Both the position numbers and the translations under genes were made by a program. A stretch of DNA of 64,000 bases from Desulfobulbaceae bacterium. GTDB lineage: Bacteria; Desulfobacterota; Desulfobulbia; Desulfobulbales; Desulfobulbaceae. The notes under the pieces are model-generated. The model saw nothing but the letters and a program-made list of their open reading frames with translations. It was not told where the DNA came from and ran no database searches. This document shows, piece by piece, positions 9,405-20,056 of this stretch (position 1 is the first letter of the stretch; the number at the start of each line of letters is the position of its first letter). The stretch spans positions 7,864 to 71,863 of the forward strand of contig WFRY01000466.1 of the NCBI GenBank assembly GCA_015486315.1. The letters run 5' to 3'.

Positions 9405-11015
9405 ATGGTCAAGAAATTTTCCATGTTGGCTCTTGCCGGATTAATTGCACTTCCAGCAGTAGCATCTGCCAGTGCCGGTAAAGCACCATCCGACCTGAAC
9501 AGCAAAATCGAGGAGATGTCCCGTCAGCTTGAGGCCCTGAAGGCTCAGATGGCCCAGCAAAACGAATCCATTTCCGAGTACGGCGACAAAGTCGATGACA
9601 TGAACGACATGCTTGATGAGAAGTCCGAAGCATGGGACCTGGCTGCCCGCTTTAAATTCTATGGCGATTTCCGTGCCCGCATGGACTACTACAGTTCAAC
9701 AGGTGCTGATTATATCAACCCGCGAACCGGACGGATGGAGAGTGGACCGGATTTCAGTAACGATACCCTGTTCACCAACCGTTTCCGCCTGAACATGCGT
9801 GTCAAGGCCACAGAGAACGTTGAGTTCAAAGGCCGCCTGGCCATGTACAAGGTCTGGGGAATGGAAAGCTATGCCCGTAACGATCAGAACACCTGGTGGC
9901 CGCAGTTTGACGGTAACACCACCCGTACCCCGTCCGACAATGCCCTGCGTGTTGACCGTGCCTTTGTAAACTGGAACAACATCGGTGGCGCACCGGTGTG
10001 GTTCTCCATTGGTCGTCGCCCGACGACAGATGGACCACCTGCACAGATCCGCCAGGGACTTGACCAGCGTATGGCTACTCCGGTTGCCTACATGGATTAC
10101 CCATTTGACGGTATTTCCATGGGTTATGCCTATGCATGGGGTAATGACGCCATGGGTACCGGTCGTATTCGTTTCTGCTATGGTCGCGGTTTTGAAGACG
10201 GCCTGCAGTGGGATGACGCTACCTACTGGAATCAACAGAATATCTACCCGCTTGACGATACCGATTTCGCCGGATTCTCCTGGGATGTCTTGAAGAAAGA
10301 TAACCGGTTCATGAACATTCAAACCTTTGCCGTTTTGAACATGTTCACCTATCCTAACTTCCAGGATCCGATCATCAATGCCATGGCCCCTACCCAGATG
10401 GGTCCCAGGGCCACAGAGGGCAATATTTATCATACCTCTGGTGTATACCAGGATAAAGTTGCCGACTTCACCTATTTCGTAGCCGGCGGCTGGAGTCGTA
10501 CGGATCCAGGCGGCAAGGGTATGTTTAACGACTTTGCAACCGCCCTGATCCCGCAGGCCGACGGATCAATGCTGCCCAATCCTAACTGGCGCCCCAATAC
10601 CGATTCCGAAGACGGCTATTCCATTTATGCCGGTGCCCGTTACGACCTGACCGATGTCGGACTGAAATTCGGTGCCGAGTATAACTACGGCTCTCAGTAC
10701 TGGCTTGCCTTTACCCCGGGACATGATGACATGTACCTGTCCAAGCTGGGCACCCGCGGCCAGGTTGCTGAGTTGTACATGGTATATGACCTGCCCACCG
10801 GCGAGGCCATCTCCAAATATGCCAAGACCTTTGTCCGCCTGGGATATCAGCATTACTGGTTTGATTACTCAGGTACGGACTGGAATGTTAAACCGTATGA
10901 TACCGACGATGCCGGCATGATGACGGCGGCATACAGCATGGCCCTTGCAAGTGGTTCCCAGCTGCCTGTTGAGAGCGCTGATCAGGTATACCTGACTTTT
11001 GATGTATACTTCTAA
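9405..11015 (+). CDS. DUF3373-type outer-membrane (porin-like) protein with N-terminal coiled coil, copy 1
   Basis: Signal peptide (ALPAVASASA), a heptad-like segment (SKIEEMSRQLEALKAQMAQQNE), then a beta-rich body ending in the aromatic terminus TFDVYF. Strong RBS AGGAGGAAG. Confidence 0.75.
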   Translation: MVKKFSMLALAGLIALPAVASASAGKAPSDLNSKIEEMSRQLEALKAQMAQQNESISEYGDKVDDMNDMLDEKSEAWDLAARFKFYGDFRARMDYYSSTGADYINPRTGRMESGPDFSNDTLFTNRFRLNMRVKATENVEFKGRLAMYKVWGMESYARNDQNTWWPQFDGNTTRTPSDNALRVDRAFVNWNNIGGAPVWFSIGRRPTTDGPPAQIRQGLDQRMATPVAYMDYPFDGISMGYAYAWGNDAMGTGRIRFCYGRGFEDGLQWDDATYWNQQNIYPLDDTDFAGFSWDVLKKDNRFMNIQTFAVLNMFTYPNFQDPIINAMAPTQMGPRATEGNIYHTSGVYQDKVADFTYFVAGGWSRTDPGGKGMFNDFATALIPQADGSMLPNPNWRPNTDSEDGYSIYAGARYDLTDVGLKFGAEYNYGSQYWLAFTPGHDDMYLSKLGTRGQVAELYMVYDLPTGEAISKYAKTFVRLGYQHYWFDYSGTDWNVKPYDTDDAGMMTAAYSMALASGSQLPVESADQVYLTFDVYF

Positions 11016-11054
11016 ACCAGCATTTAAGTTCTCACATTAGAGCCGGTATATTTA

Positions 11055-11089
11055 AAGGGTTAGGTCCTCCAGGGCTTAACCCTTTTTTT
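11055..11089 (+). terminator. Rho-independent terminator after DUF3373 copy 1
   Basis: AAGGGTTA...TTAACCCTT stem followed by a T-run. Confidence 0.7.
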
Positions 11090-11225
11090 GTGCATCATAT
11101 ATCCTTTGGATGAATTACAAACAACCAGAGCTCAAATTGAACAGCTCAATTCAAGCCGACTTTTCCAATTCATGAAGAATATGGTGCTCTTTCCGGTATT
11201 TTTTCACCAGCTCAAGGAGAGAAAA

Positions 11226-12815
11226 ATGATCAAAAAAATCTCATTAATAGCTCTTGCCGGGTTGCTTACCCTGCCTGCAGCTGCTCTGGCCAGTGCCGGT
11301 AAAGCCCCCTCGGACCTGAGCAGTAAAATTGAGGAGATGTCCCGTCAGATCGAAGCCATGAAGGCTCAACTGGCTCAGCAGAACGAAAACATTTCCGAGT
11401 ACGGCGATAAAGTCGACGACATGACCGACCTGTTGGACGAAAAATCCGAGGCATGGGATCTTGCCGCCCGCTTCAAGTTCTACGGTGACTTCCGTGCACG
11501 CATGGACTACTACAACTCCAATGGGGCCGACTATATCAACCCCATGACCGGAATGGTTGAAAGTGGTCCTGACTTCAACAATGACACCCTGTTCACCAAC
11601 CGGTTCCGGCTTAATGTCAAGGTAAAGGCGACGGAACATGTTAATTTCCACGGCCGTCTTGCCATGTACAAGGTTTGGGGAATGGAGAGTTATTCCCGCA
11701 ATGATCAACAAAGCTGGTGGCCGCAGTTTGACGCCAACTCTACGCACACACCTTCTGATAATGCCCTGCGGGTTGACCGTGCCTTTGTCAACTGGACTGA
11801 TATCGGGGGGATGCCGATATGGTTCTCCATCGGACGCCGCCCCACAACTGAAGGTCCTCCGGCCCAGGTTCGCCTGGGGCTGGACGAACGTCTGGCAAGT
11901 CCTCTTGCCTACATGGATTATGCCTTTGACGGCTTTTCATTGGGATATGTATACCAGTGGGGCAACAGGGAGATGGGTACCGGACGTTTTCGTTTCTGCG
12001 GCGGTCGCGGCTTTGAAAACGGTCTTCAGGGTGACGATCGAGTAAACATGTATGATGATACCGATTTCTTCGGCTTTGTCTGGGATGTGATGAAAAAAGG
12101 GCCACGCACGCTTAATCTCCAGTCCTTTGCAGTATTTAATGCCTTCAATTATCCTAACTTTCAGGATCCGATTATCAACCAGATGGCACCGGAGCAGATG
12201 GGAGAACGGATAACAGAGGGAAATATCTATCACACAGCTGCTCTTTACCAGGACAGGGTTTCAAACTTTAATTATTTTGTAGCCGGCGGCTGGAGCCGTA
12301 CCGATCCGGGCGGCCAGGGAATGTTCAACGATTATGCAACTGCGATGATTCCGCAGCCCGACGGGTCCATGCTCCCTAATATGAACTGGCGTCCCAACAC
12401 CGATTCCGAGGACGGATATAACGTTTATGCAGGTGTTCGCTATGACCTGCCCGAGGTCGGGCTGAAACTGGGAGCTGAGTATAACTACGGTTCCGAGTAT
12501 TGGATCGCCTTTACACCGGCCCATGATGACATGTATCTATCCAAGCTCTCTACCCGCGGTCAGGTAGCTGAGCTGTACATGATTTATGATCTTCCGACAG
12601 GTGAGGCTATCTCCAAGTATGCAAAAACCTTTATCCGGCTTGGGTATCAGCATTACTGGTTTGATTACACAGGGGTAGACTGGAACGTAAAACCCTATGA
12701 CACGGATAATGCATCAATGATGACGGCAGCCTACAACATCGCCCTGCAAAGTGGTGCTGCCATGCCTGTAGAGAGTGCCGACCAGGTATACCTGACCTTT
12801 GATGTATACTTTTAA
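11226..12815 (+). CDS. DUF3373-type outer-membrane protein, copy 2 (tandem paralogue)
   Basis: Collinear with copy 1 along its whole length and shares the C-terminal TFDVYF. I placed the start at the ATG at 11226 (MIKKISLIALAG) behind AAGGAGAG; the ORF-track start at 11088 has no signal peptide. Confidence 0.75.
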   Translation: MIKKISLIALAGLLTLPAAALASAGKAPSDLSSKIEEMSRQIEAMKAQLAQQNENISEYGDKVDDMTDLLDEKSEAWDLAARFKFYGDFRARMDYYNSNGADYINPMTGMVESGPDFNNDTLFTNRFRLNVKVKATEHVNFHGRLAMYKVWGMESYSRNDQQSWWPQFDANSTHTPSDNALRVDRAFVNWTDIGGMPIWFSIGRRPTTEGPPAQVRLGLDERLASPLAYMDYAFDGFSLGYVYQWGNREMGTGRFRFCGGRGFENGLQGDDRVNMYDDTDFFGFVWDVMKKGPRTLNLQSFAVFNAFNYPNFQDPIINQMAPEQMGERITEGNIYHTAALYQDRVSNFNYFVAGGWSRTDPGGQGMFNDYATAMIPQPDGSMLPNMNWRPNTDSEDGYNVYAGVRYDLPEVGLKLGAEYNYGSEYWIAFTPAHDDMYLSKLSTRGQVAELYMIYDLPTGEAISKYAKTFIRLGYQHYWFDYTGVDWNVKPYDTDNASMMTAAYNIALQSGAAMPVESADQVYLTFDVYF

Positions 12816-12848
12816 ACCCGCTAATCAGCATAGTTATCCATAAAAAAA

Positions 12849-12875
12849 GGGAAAGCCTTACGGCTTTCCCTTTTT
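12849..12875. terminator. Bidirectional terminator between convergent genes
   Basis: GGGAAAGCC-TTAC-GGCTTTCCC hairpin flanked by an A-run upstream and a T-run downstream. Confidence 0.75.
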
Positions 12876-12998
12876 GCTTCCCGACAACAAGTAGCAAGCC
12901 ATGAATGCATACCCGTCGTCACAACTCAATAGGGTGCGATGTCATATAAATGAGTTCCGGATTGCCGACAGGGCCGGCAAATAGAGACACACAACATC

Positions 12999-14435
12999 TC
13001 ATGATGCTCCTCTCCCCCGCAGGACGGCAGGTATGGTCCGAAGCAGTATCTGAAAGTCCAGAGGAAGAGACCAGGTGTCGATATAGCGTAAATCAAGTTG
13101 AATCCATCTTTCAAAAGATAAATCATTCCTGCCGTCAACCTGCCAGATACAGGTCATTCCAGGGCGGACACTGAACCGACGGTTAAACCAACGCTGATCA
13201 AATCCTTCATAGTCCCTCACCGGCAACGGCCTGGGACCGACAAGGCTCATCTCTCCTTTCAGCACATTAAGCAACTGCGGTAACTCATCAATACTTGTTA
13301 TCCGCAGGAAATGGCCCACCTTTGTGATGCGTGGATCATTTTTGATTTTAAATACCGGACCATCAGCCTCGTTAAATTCTTCCAGTTCCTGCTGCCTCTT
13401 TTCCGCATCGTTAACCATGGTACGAAACTTAAAAAGGTGAAAGATTCGTTTATTCAATCCAAGTCGTTTTTGAATAAAAAACACCGGACCCGGAGAAGTT
13501 GATTTTATGATCACCGCCACAGCAAAAAACAAAGGACTCAGAATAATCAGCAGCAGCAGAGACAATACGATGTCCAATGAACGTTTAAGAAAGAGAGGAA
13601 GCCCGTCCATTGCACCTGTATAAATAGTAAGGATGGAACTGCCTTCAAAGTATTCAATCCGGGCGTGCGCAAGCTGGGAAAAAAAGAAATCAGCAAGAAC
13701 CCGGACAATCACCCCCTGTTCAACACAGGTATCTATAATGGCGGCATGCTGATTGTAGTACTCTTTTATCGGCAGACAGATCATAACCTCGTCGACCACA
13801 TTATCTCTTAAGTAATCTGCCAGGTTTTCCGGGGAAACAAGCGAGTACTTCTTTGCCAACTCACCATCATCTCCACCCACCCAGTGCGTATCAACAAAAC
13901 CTGTCAACGAGTAGCCGAGATTTGGTTTTCTTAAGACTGTTTCAGCAAACAATGCTGCCCGTTCATTTGTCCCCACCAACAGTATATTGCGCAGATTTCT
14001 GCCCCGTACTCTCACCCGGCCAAGAAAATTTCTCAGTAAAAACCGACATGAAATAGTTAAAAAACTACTGACAGCCCAGAAAACACCCAGAAAAAGAGGG
14101 GTGATCATAATCATGTTGAACAGGCTCGCCGCTATAAAAATTGCCAGCGTACCTAAAGAGGTGGCCTTAAGGATTTCAAAAACCTCTGTCCAGCGAGAGG
14201 ATAAACGCATTGAATAATACAGGCCTAAAAAGGTAAAAAGACTGTGCCAGCAGAGCATAAGCCCCAAAAAAAGTATAAAATTTGGGATGCTGACACGCAT
14301 GGCAAAAAATTGTTCCAGGCTGATCGATGAGCCGGTCTGGACTATCACCGTAGCCACTCCAAACGAAAATACTAAAATGAGGAGGTCTGCCAGTTTAAAA
14401 CTGTTCAGGAGAACACGGCGGCGAAAATGACGCAT
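12999..14435 (-). CDS. Undecaprenyl-phosphate sugar phosphotransferase (WbaP/EPS-type initiating transferase)
   Basis: N-terminal TM helices, a central Rossmann-like region and a C-terminal bacterial sugar-transferase domain (KRSLDIVLSLLLLI...GPVFFIQKRLG...FKFRTM...DELPQLLNVLKGEMSLVGPRP). Confidence 0.9.
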   Translation of the reverse strand: MRHFRRRVLLNSFKLADLLILVFSFGVATVIVQTGSSISLEQFFAMRVSIPNFILFLGLMLCWHSLFTFLGLYYSMRLSSRWTEVFEILKATSLGTLAIFIAASLFNMIMITPLFLGVFWAVSSFLTISCRFLLRNFLGRVRVRGRNLRNILLVGTNERAALFAETVLRKPNLGYSLTGFVDTHWVGGDDGELAKKYSLVSPENLADYLRDNVVDEVMICLPIKEYYNQHAAIIDTCVEQGVIVRVLADFFFSQLAHARIEYFEGSSILTIYTGAMDGLPLFLKRSLDIVLSLLLLIILSPLFFAVAVIIKSTSPGPVFFIQKRLGLNKRIFHLFKFRTMVNDAEKRQQELEEFNEADGPVFKIKNDPRITKVGHFLRITSIDELPQLLNVLKGEMSLVGPRPLPVRDYEGFDQRWFNRRFSVRPGMTCIWQVDGRNDLSFERWIQLDLRYIDTWSLPLDFQILLRTIPAVLRGRGAS

Positions 14436-14576
14436 GGTTAGCTTTCCTTATGCCGGAAACTCAATGAATTTCTTATCGAGCATAATCCGGTAGAGAAACA
14501 CATTTTGATCATATTCCATACAGTTCGGAAAAGGCAAAAGCAAAAAACAAGACATGGTTCTAAAGTGGGTTCTGCT

Positions 14577-14960
14577 TTATCGCACAAGAGCAATGGCTTC
14601 GATCTCTATGCCGGCACCCAGAGGAAGTGCCGCAACCTCAACCGTGCTGCGGGCCGGTGGATTTTCGGTAAAGAACTCGGCATAAACATCATTCATTAAC
14701 TTGAACGCCGCCATGTCCTGCAGAAAAACTGTGGTCTTCATAACTGTTTCCAATCCGGATCCTGCCGCCTCAAGCACCGCCTGCAGATTCTTCAATGACC
14801 GGCGTGTCTGGTCACCGATGTCGCCCGGCACCAGTTTACCTGTATCCGGATCCATGGGAAGCTGGCCGGCGGTAAAGACAAACTGCCCTGTTTTGGTTGC
14901 CTGGGAGTAAGGCCCTACTGCTCCCGGAGCTTTATCGGTTTGTACAACTTGACGGGTCAT
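14577..14960 (-). CDS. ridA: RidA/YjgF-family reactive-intermediate deaminase
   Basis: APGAVGPYSQA...GQLPMDP...VEVAALPLGAGIEIEAIA. The start at 14960 lies behind a GAAGGAG RBS. Confidence 0.9.
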   Translation of the reverse strand: MTRQVVQTDKAPGAVGPYSQATKTGQFVFTAGQLPMDPDTGKLVPGDIGDQTRRSLKNLQAVLEAAGSGLETVMKTTVFLQDMAAFKLMNDVYAEFFTENPPARSTVEVAALPLGAGIEIEAIALVR

Positions 14961-15147
14961 TGGTAACTCCTTCATTCATCCTGATGTTCTGCCACTCAGG
15001 CATCCTGACTATTGGCCTGGGGCACGGACTTTGCTGTCACAAATACTGACAGTCTGACCAAAGCAGGGACTGATAAGCTCAGTCCCTGCTTTTACTACAC
15101 ACATTGTATTTCAGCCACAAAATCGTGGTATGCCGGCTCCCCGGTTA

Positions 15148-15357
15148 CTATTTCTTCCGATACTTGAAAGATACTGAAACCCGGGTCCGATAGGCAATAA
15201 CCTTGCCCTTTTCAATTACCAAATCCATCTTGGTCACTTCACCAATCCGCAGGTCCTTCAAACTTTTACTCGTGGTTTCCACAGCATTTGCAGCAGCATC
15301 TTCCCAGGATTTTTTGCTGGTACCAACAAGCTCTATAATCTTGTACACACTCGCCAT
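15148..15357 (-). CDS. Dodecin-family flavin-binding protein
   Basis: MASVYKIIELVGTSKKSWEDAAANAV... matches the dodecin pattern. The ATG at 15357 lies 6 nt after AAGGAGG. Confidence 0.8.
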   Translation of the reverse strand: MASVYKIIELVGTSKKSWEDAAANAVETTSKSLKDLRIGEVTKMDLVIEKGKVIAYRTRVSVSFKYRKK

Positions 15358-15561
15358 AATCAACCTCCTTGATATAGGATAAGAACAGAAAAGAATGCTT
15401 ATGCATCCAGTTATCTAATTATATGTCTTTCTGTCGTAAGAATCCAAAAAATAAAAAAGATTAGGCTGATTACAAAATAAAATACAGGGCTATTGAGAGA
15501 AGTATGGTGCCATACCAACAAAAAAAGGACTTAAAGCCGAAGCTCTAAGTCCTTTAATTTC

Positions 15562-15638
15562 TGGTCGGAACGAGAGGATTTGAACCTCCGACCACTTGAC
15601 CCCCAGTCAAGTGCGCTACCAGACTGCGCCACGTTCCG
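15562..15638 (-). tRNA. tRNA-Pro (anticodon GGG)
   Basis: Cloverleaf CGGAACG acceptor / CGTTCCG-A-CCA, anticodon arm CTTGA-CTGGGGG-TCAAG, T-arm GGAGG-TTCAAAT-CCTCT. CCA is encoded. Confidence 0.9.
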
Positions 15639-15692
15639 AAATCGTGCTCTGTTGTAGCATCTGAAGCCTGATGCTGTCAACAGCTTCTTTAT

Positions 15693-16079
15693 CTAATCCA
15701 GTCGATGAGCTGAAGAAATTGTTTTTAATATTCCCTGCAGCTCCTGTTTAATTATTTCCAGCCTGCTGCCCTCTCCACAAAAAAAATTATCCGCTTTTGG
15801 TGAGGTATTAATATGTATGGAAGATTTCAGCAGTCTTCGTGCACCGGCAATAGTGTATCCTTCATCGTGCAGCAGGCTCTTTATACGCAGCAGGTTTTCT
15901 ACGTCTTTTCTGCGGTACAGTCGTTGCTTTGATTTAGCCCGCCTGGGTTTAATAACTTTAAATTCAGATTCCCAATAGCGCAGGACATGGGGGTCAACAC
16001 CAACAATACTGCTGACCTCTCCTATCCGGAAGTACACCCTGTCCGGTATTTCAGTTGACCTGGTATGGGTAGATTTCAC
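15693..16079 (-). CDS. MerR-family transcriptional regulator
   Basis: The HTH segment YFRIGEVSSIVGVDPHVLRYWESEF is a MerR signature. The position downstream of ihfA is typical. Confidence 0.85.
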   Translation of the reverse strand: MKSTHTRSTEIPDRVYFRIGEVSSIVGVDPHVLRYWESEFKVIKPRRAKSKQRLYRRKDVENLLRIKSLLHDEGYTIAGARRLLKSSIHINTSPKADNFFCGEGSRLEIIKQELQGILKTISSAHRLD

Positions 16080-16237
16080 GCCTGTCGTATGGCTGATTCC
16101 TTTACACGTGAGTTGCTGATACGTTCTGCAAATTCAAGTAATGGAGAGAGAACAGGTAAATATAAAAGAGTTACCGATCCCGTTAACAATGCCTGAACAT
16201 CTATTATTGTAAGCGTAATTTAACATTCCCGCAAAAC

Positions 16238-16528
16238 TTATTTGTTCAATCGTTCACGCAGACGTTTAGACGGTCTGAAGGAAACCATCCTTCTCTTGGT
16301 AATAATCATCGACTCACCGGTTCTGGGATTACGCCCGCGGCGGGGAGCTTTGTCACGTACAGACAAGGTTCCGAACTGAACCAGTTTAAGTGATTCACCA
16401 TTTATCAAGGTCTCTTTCATGGTTGCAAAAATAGTATCAACCATTTCCGCTGCATTACGCTGGGAGATCCCCAATTGCTCGTTTACAGACAGGGCCAGTT
16501 CTTTACGGGTAACATTCTTATTCTTCAT
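16238..16528 (-). CDS. ihfA: Integration host factor subunit alpha (HU/IHF family)
   Basis: LTRKELALSV...FGTLSVRDKAPRRGRNPRTGE is an IHF/HU arm. The gene directly follows pheT. Confidence 0.9.
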   Translation of the reverse strand: MKNKNVTRKELALSVNEQLGISQRNAAEMVDTIFATMKETLINGESLKLVQFGTLSVRDKAPRRGRNPRTGESMIITKRRMVSFRPSKRLRERLNK

Positions 16529-18973
16529 TTACTCTTTTCCTTCCCGATATCTGCCGTCGAAACGGGACATCAGTGACTGTACAATTTTATCATGAAAATC
16601 GTCAACCGTTTCATCATCCAGTGTCTTGTCGGTCGACTGATATGTAACTGTCAATGCAACACTTTTCCTTCCAGCTTCAATGGATTTACCACTGTAGACA
16701 TCAAAGATATCAGCATAAACAACATTTTCCATCTTATGGGCGAGAATATCATCAAGCAACGCTCCGGCAGGTACATTCTCAGGTACCAACAGGGCAATAT
16801 CACGTTTGACCGATGGATAGCGGGGCAGAGGACTGAACGCCTTATCGCTCCGCGCCAGGTCAAGCAAGGCTTCAAGATCTAATTCCAGAAAAAAGACATC
16901 CTGCTTGACGGCAAATGCCCGGGCTGCCTTTCGGGGCAATTTGCTGATTGTCCCCAACTGCTCCTCACCATCCATAATCCGGATATTAAACAGGGGCTCG
17001 GCATAGGGCTGGACATGCTCAGGGTCTGCCAAAAAACTGATGTCCCCTGACTTGCCGACAAGACGCAGAGACTTAAACAGAGTTTCGGCAGCACCTTTAA
17101 TATCAAAAATATCAGCCTTCTGTTCAGAATAATAGAGAGGGCTTGCCTCCGGATAACGACCGCCGCTCAACACTGCACAGAGCATATAGCGTTCATCAGG
17201 CTGTTCTCCCTCTGTGGTAAAGGCAAAAACTTTACCGATCTCAAAGAGGCGTATATCGGTCTGTTGAAAGTTGATGTTGCGACGAATATTCTCCAGTATT
17301 CCCGGCAGGAGCATGGTCCGCATCACCGCCTGATCTTCAGTAAGGGGGTTCAACAACCTGACAAATTGTCGACGCTTATCATCTGCTGCAAGCCCCAGCA
17401 TGTCACAATGTTTTTCCGCTGTAAACGAGTAGTTAATAGCCTCATAAAAACCTAACGACGTAAGCGTTGCACCAGCATCCTGCCTGAGTTGCCGAAGCGG
17501 GTCACGCCTTGGGTAATCCATGGCAATGGTCGGCTGTGAAACAGGAATCTCGTTATAACCATAAAGCCTGGCGACTTCCTCCACAAGATCGGCTTCCCGC
17601 TCAATATCAATACGAAACGAGGGCACTGTGACCTGAAGAACATTGTCTCCCCTGTCCTCTAACCCTATCTCAATTCCCCGCAGGTATGCAACCATCTTGT
17701 CCGCAGATAAATCAATACCCAGCAGTTCATTAACCCGCTGAACCCGGCAATCTATCTGGAGCAGATCTTTTTTACCTGGATATTCATCAACACCACCGTC
17801 AACAACCCGAGCCTCGGCCAACGCACACATCAGCTGTACAGCCCGTTCCATGGCATATGCAATACCGTCTGGGTCAACACCACGTTCAAATCGGTAGGAG
17901 GCCTCGGAGGGAAGATTCAGATTTCGGGCTGTACGCCTGATTGATACGGGATCAAAGCATGCAGACTCCAACAGTACTTCCGAGGTCATCTCCGTAACCT
18001 CGGAGTCAAGTCCGCCCATAACACCGGCCACGGCAACAGGACCCTTTCCGTCACAGATCATGAGCATCTCAGGATCCAACGTACGTTCAACCTCATCAAG
18101 AGTCGTAAAGGTTTTTTCAGTACTACGGGGACGACGTACGATTACAGAGCTTTCTGCAATCTTATTAAAATCAAAGGCATGCAGGGGCTGGCCGTACTCA
18201 AGCATGACAAAATTGGTGATATCAACAATGTTATTTATAGGACGCATACCAACAGCCATCAACTGCCGCTGCAGCCACCATGGAGATGGCTTGATAACAA
18301 CATTGGTCAACTTGCGGGCCGCATACCTCGGACAGAGGTCGGGATCCTCAATAGTTACCGAAAAATCAACGCCGGATCCATCAAGTCTGGGTGTTTCAGT
18401 AACAGGGGGAGTCATCTTCTGGTTGGTAAACCCGGCAACCTCGCGGGCAACCCCCAGAACACTTGCACAATCTGAACGATTAGGGGTCAGATCGATCTCG
18501 ATCATGGTGTCATCCAGGCTGAGTACTTCTTTCAATGACAGTCCGGACTTCAGAGTGGAATCAAGTTCCATTATCCCTGAATGATCCTCACCTATGCCCA
18601 GTTCGCGCCAGGAGCAGAGCATGCCCATGGATACTTCACCACGAACCTTTGCCTTTTTTATCTTGTGCCCATCGGGCAGGCGGACACCGGGCCTGGCAAT
18701 AGCCGTTACCAACCCGGCCCTGACGTTTGGTGCTCCACAGACAATGGGGACGGTCTCCGTACCGACCTCGACCCGGCACAGAGTGAGCCTGTCGGCGTTA
18801 GGATGTTTTTCCACGGAAAGAACTTTAGCCGTTACAATGGCATCAAGACCGACATACAGTTCCTGAACGGCGTCAACCTCAAGACCGAGCATGGTCAGAC
18901 GATCGGCCATCCGCTCCCGGGTCAGACCGTCAAGAGAAACATATTCGCTGAGCCAACTGAGGGTGAATTTCAT
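16529..18973 (-). CDS. pheT: Phenylalanine--tRNA ligase beta subunit
   Basis: 814 aa. The N-terminus MKFTLSWLSEYV, the tRNA-binding domain, B3/4, B5 and FDX-ACB domains appear in the canonical order. Confidence 0.97.
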   Translation of the reverse strand: MKFTLSWLSEYVSLDGLTRERMADRLTMLGLEVDAVQELYVGLDAIVTAKVLSVEKHPNADRLTLCRVEVGTETVPIVCGAPNVRAGLVTAIARPGVRLPDGHKIKKAKVRGEVSMGMLCSWRELGIGEDHSGIMELDSTLKSGLSLKEVLSLDDTMIEIDLTPNRSDCASVLGVAREVAGFTNQKMTPPVTETPRLDGSGVDFSVTIEDPDLCPRYAARKLTNVVIKPSPWWLQRQLMAVGMRPINNIVDITNFVMLEYGQPLHAFDFNKIAESSVIVRRPRSTEKTFTTLDEVERTLDPEMLMICDGKGPVAVAGVMGGLDSEVTEMTSEVLLESACFDPVSIRRTARNLNLPSEASYRFERGVDPDGIAYAMERAVQLMCALAEARVVDGGVDEYPGKKDLLQIDCRVQRVNELLGIDLSADKMVAYLRGIEIGLEDRGDNVLQVTVPSFRIDIEREADLVEEVARLYGYNEIPVSQPTIAMDYPRRDPLRQLRQDAGATLTSLGFYEAINYSFTAEKHCDMLGLAADDKRRQFVRLLNPLTEDQAVMRTMLLPGILENIRRNINFQQTDIRLFEIGKVFAFTTEGEQPDERYMLCAVLSGGRYPEASPLYYSEQKADIFDIKGAAETLFKSLRLVGKSGDISFLADPEHVQPYAEPLFNIRIMDGEEQLGTISKLPRKAARAFAVKQDVFFLELDLEALLDLARSDKAFSPLPRYPSVKRDIALLVPENVPAGALLDDILAHKMENVVYADIFDVYSGKSIEAGRKSVALTVTYQSTDKTLDDETVDDFHDKIVQSLMSRFDGRYREGKE

Positions 18974-19040
18974 GGATTAATTTCCTGTTAAAACAATGTC
19001 CGACCAAAAGAAATAACTATAGATCAGCTGCGGGACGGGG

Positions 19041-20048
19041 TTAGAACTGTTTGAGAAACCTGAGATCGTTTTCATAGTAGAGTCGGATATCATCTATACC
19101 GTACTTGAGCATGGCAATACGCTCTACTCCAAGACCAAAGGCAAAGCCGGAAAATTCATCAGGATCATAGCCGACCATCTTCATTACTTCAGGATCAATC
19201 AACCCTGCGCCGAGGATCTCAATCCAACCGGTACGTTTACACACCCGGCAGCCGGAACCGCCACAGATAACGCAGGCGATATCAAGTTCTGCACTGGGTT
19301 CGGTGAAAGGAAAAAAACTGGGCCGAAAGCGAATCGGCAGATCATCCTTGAATATCCTGTGGATAAAAGAGGTCAGCACCCCTTTCAAATCAGCAAAAGA
19401 CACCTTACGGTCGACAAGAAAACCTTCTACCTGATGAAACATCGGGGTATGGGTAATATCGGAGTCACAGCGATACACCTTGCCCGGTGAAATATAGCGC
19501 AGAGGCGGATCCTGATTCTCCATAATCCGGGCCTGCATGGGTGAGGTATGGGTGCGCAGCAGGATGGATTCCGAGACATAAAAGGTATCGTGCATATCCC
19601 GGGCCGGATGATGTCTGGGTATGTTAACCGCCTCAAAATTATAATGATCGGTTTCAACATCAGGTCCTTCAGCCACGGCAAAACCCATGCCCTCAAAAAC
19701 CGCACACATCTCTTCCATCACCTGGCTGATAGGATGCAGTGCAGCAAATGGCAGAGCGCGTCCGGGCAGGCTTAAATCAACCGCTTCAGCAACAGTACCA
19801 TCACCGGACTCCAGCATCTCTTTCCTGTCCCGAAAGAGTTCTTCAACACTTTTTTTAATGCTGTTTGCAAGTTGGCCAAGCCGTCGACGATCCTCTTTAG
19901 AGACCTTGCCCAACTGCTTCATCGTCGATGAAAAAAGTCCTTTCCGGCCCAGGAATTTAACCCGGAAATCTTCCAGATTTGCCTTGCTGCTGATGGCATG
20001 CAGAGCTTCCTCGGCTTCAGCCTTCAGCTTCTGCAGTTCGTTTTCCAT
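19041..20048 (-). CDS. pheS: Phenylalanine--tRNA ligase alpha subunit
   Basis: HPARDMHDTFY, class II motifs and GFAFGLGVERIAMLKYGI. Confidence 0.97.
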   Translation of the reverse strand: MENELQKLKAEAEEALHAISSKANLEDFRVKFLGRKGLFSSTMKQLGKVSKEDRRRLGQLANSIKKSVEELFRDRKEMLESGDGTVAEAVDLSLPGRALPFAALHPISQVMEEMCAVFEGMGFAVAEGPDVETDHYNFEAVNIPRHHPARDMHDTFYVSESILLRTHTSPMQARIMENQDPPLRYISPGKVYRCDSDITHTPMFHQVEGFLVDRKVSFADLKGVLTSFIHRIFKDDLPIRFRPSFFPFTEPSAELDIACVICGGSGCRVCKRTGWIEILGAGLIDPEVMKMVGYDPDEFSGFAFGLGVERIAMLKYGIDDIRLYYENDLRFLKQF

Positions 20049-20056
20049 TTCCCGGT

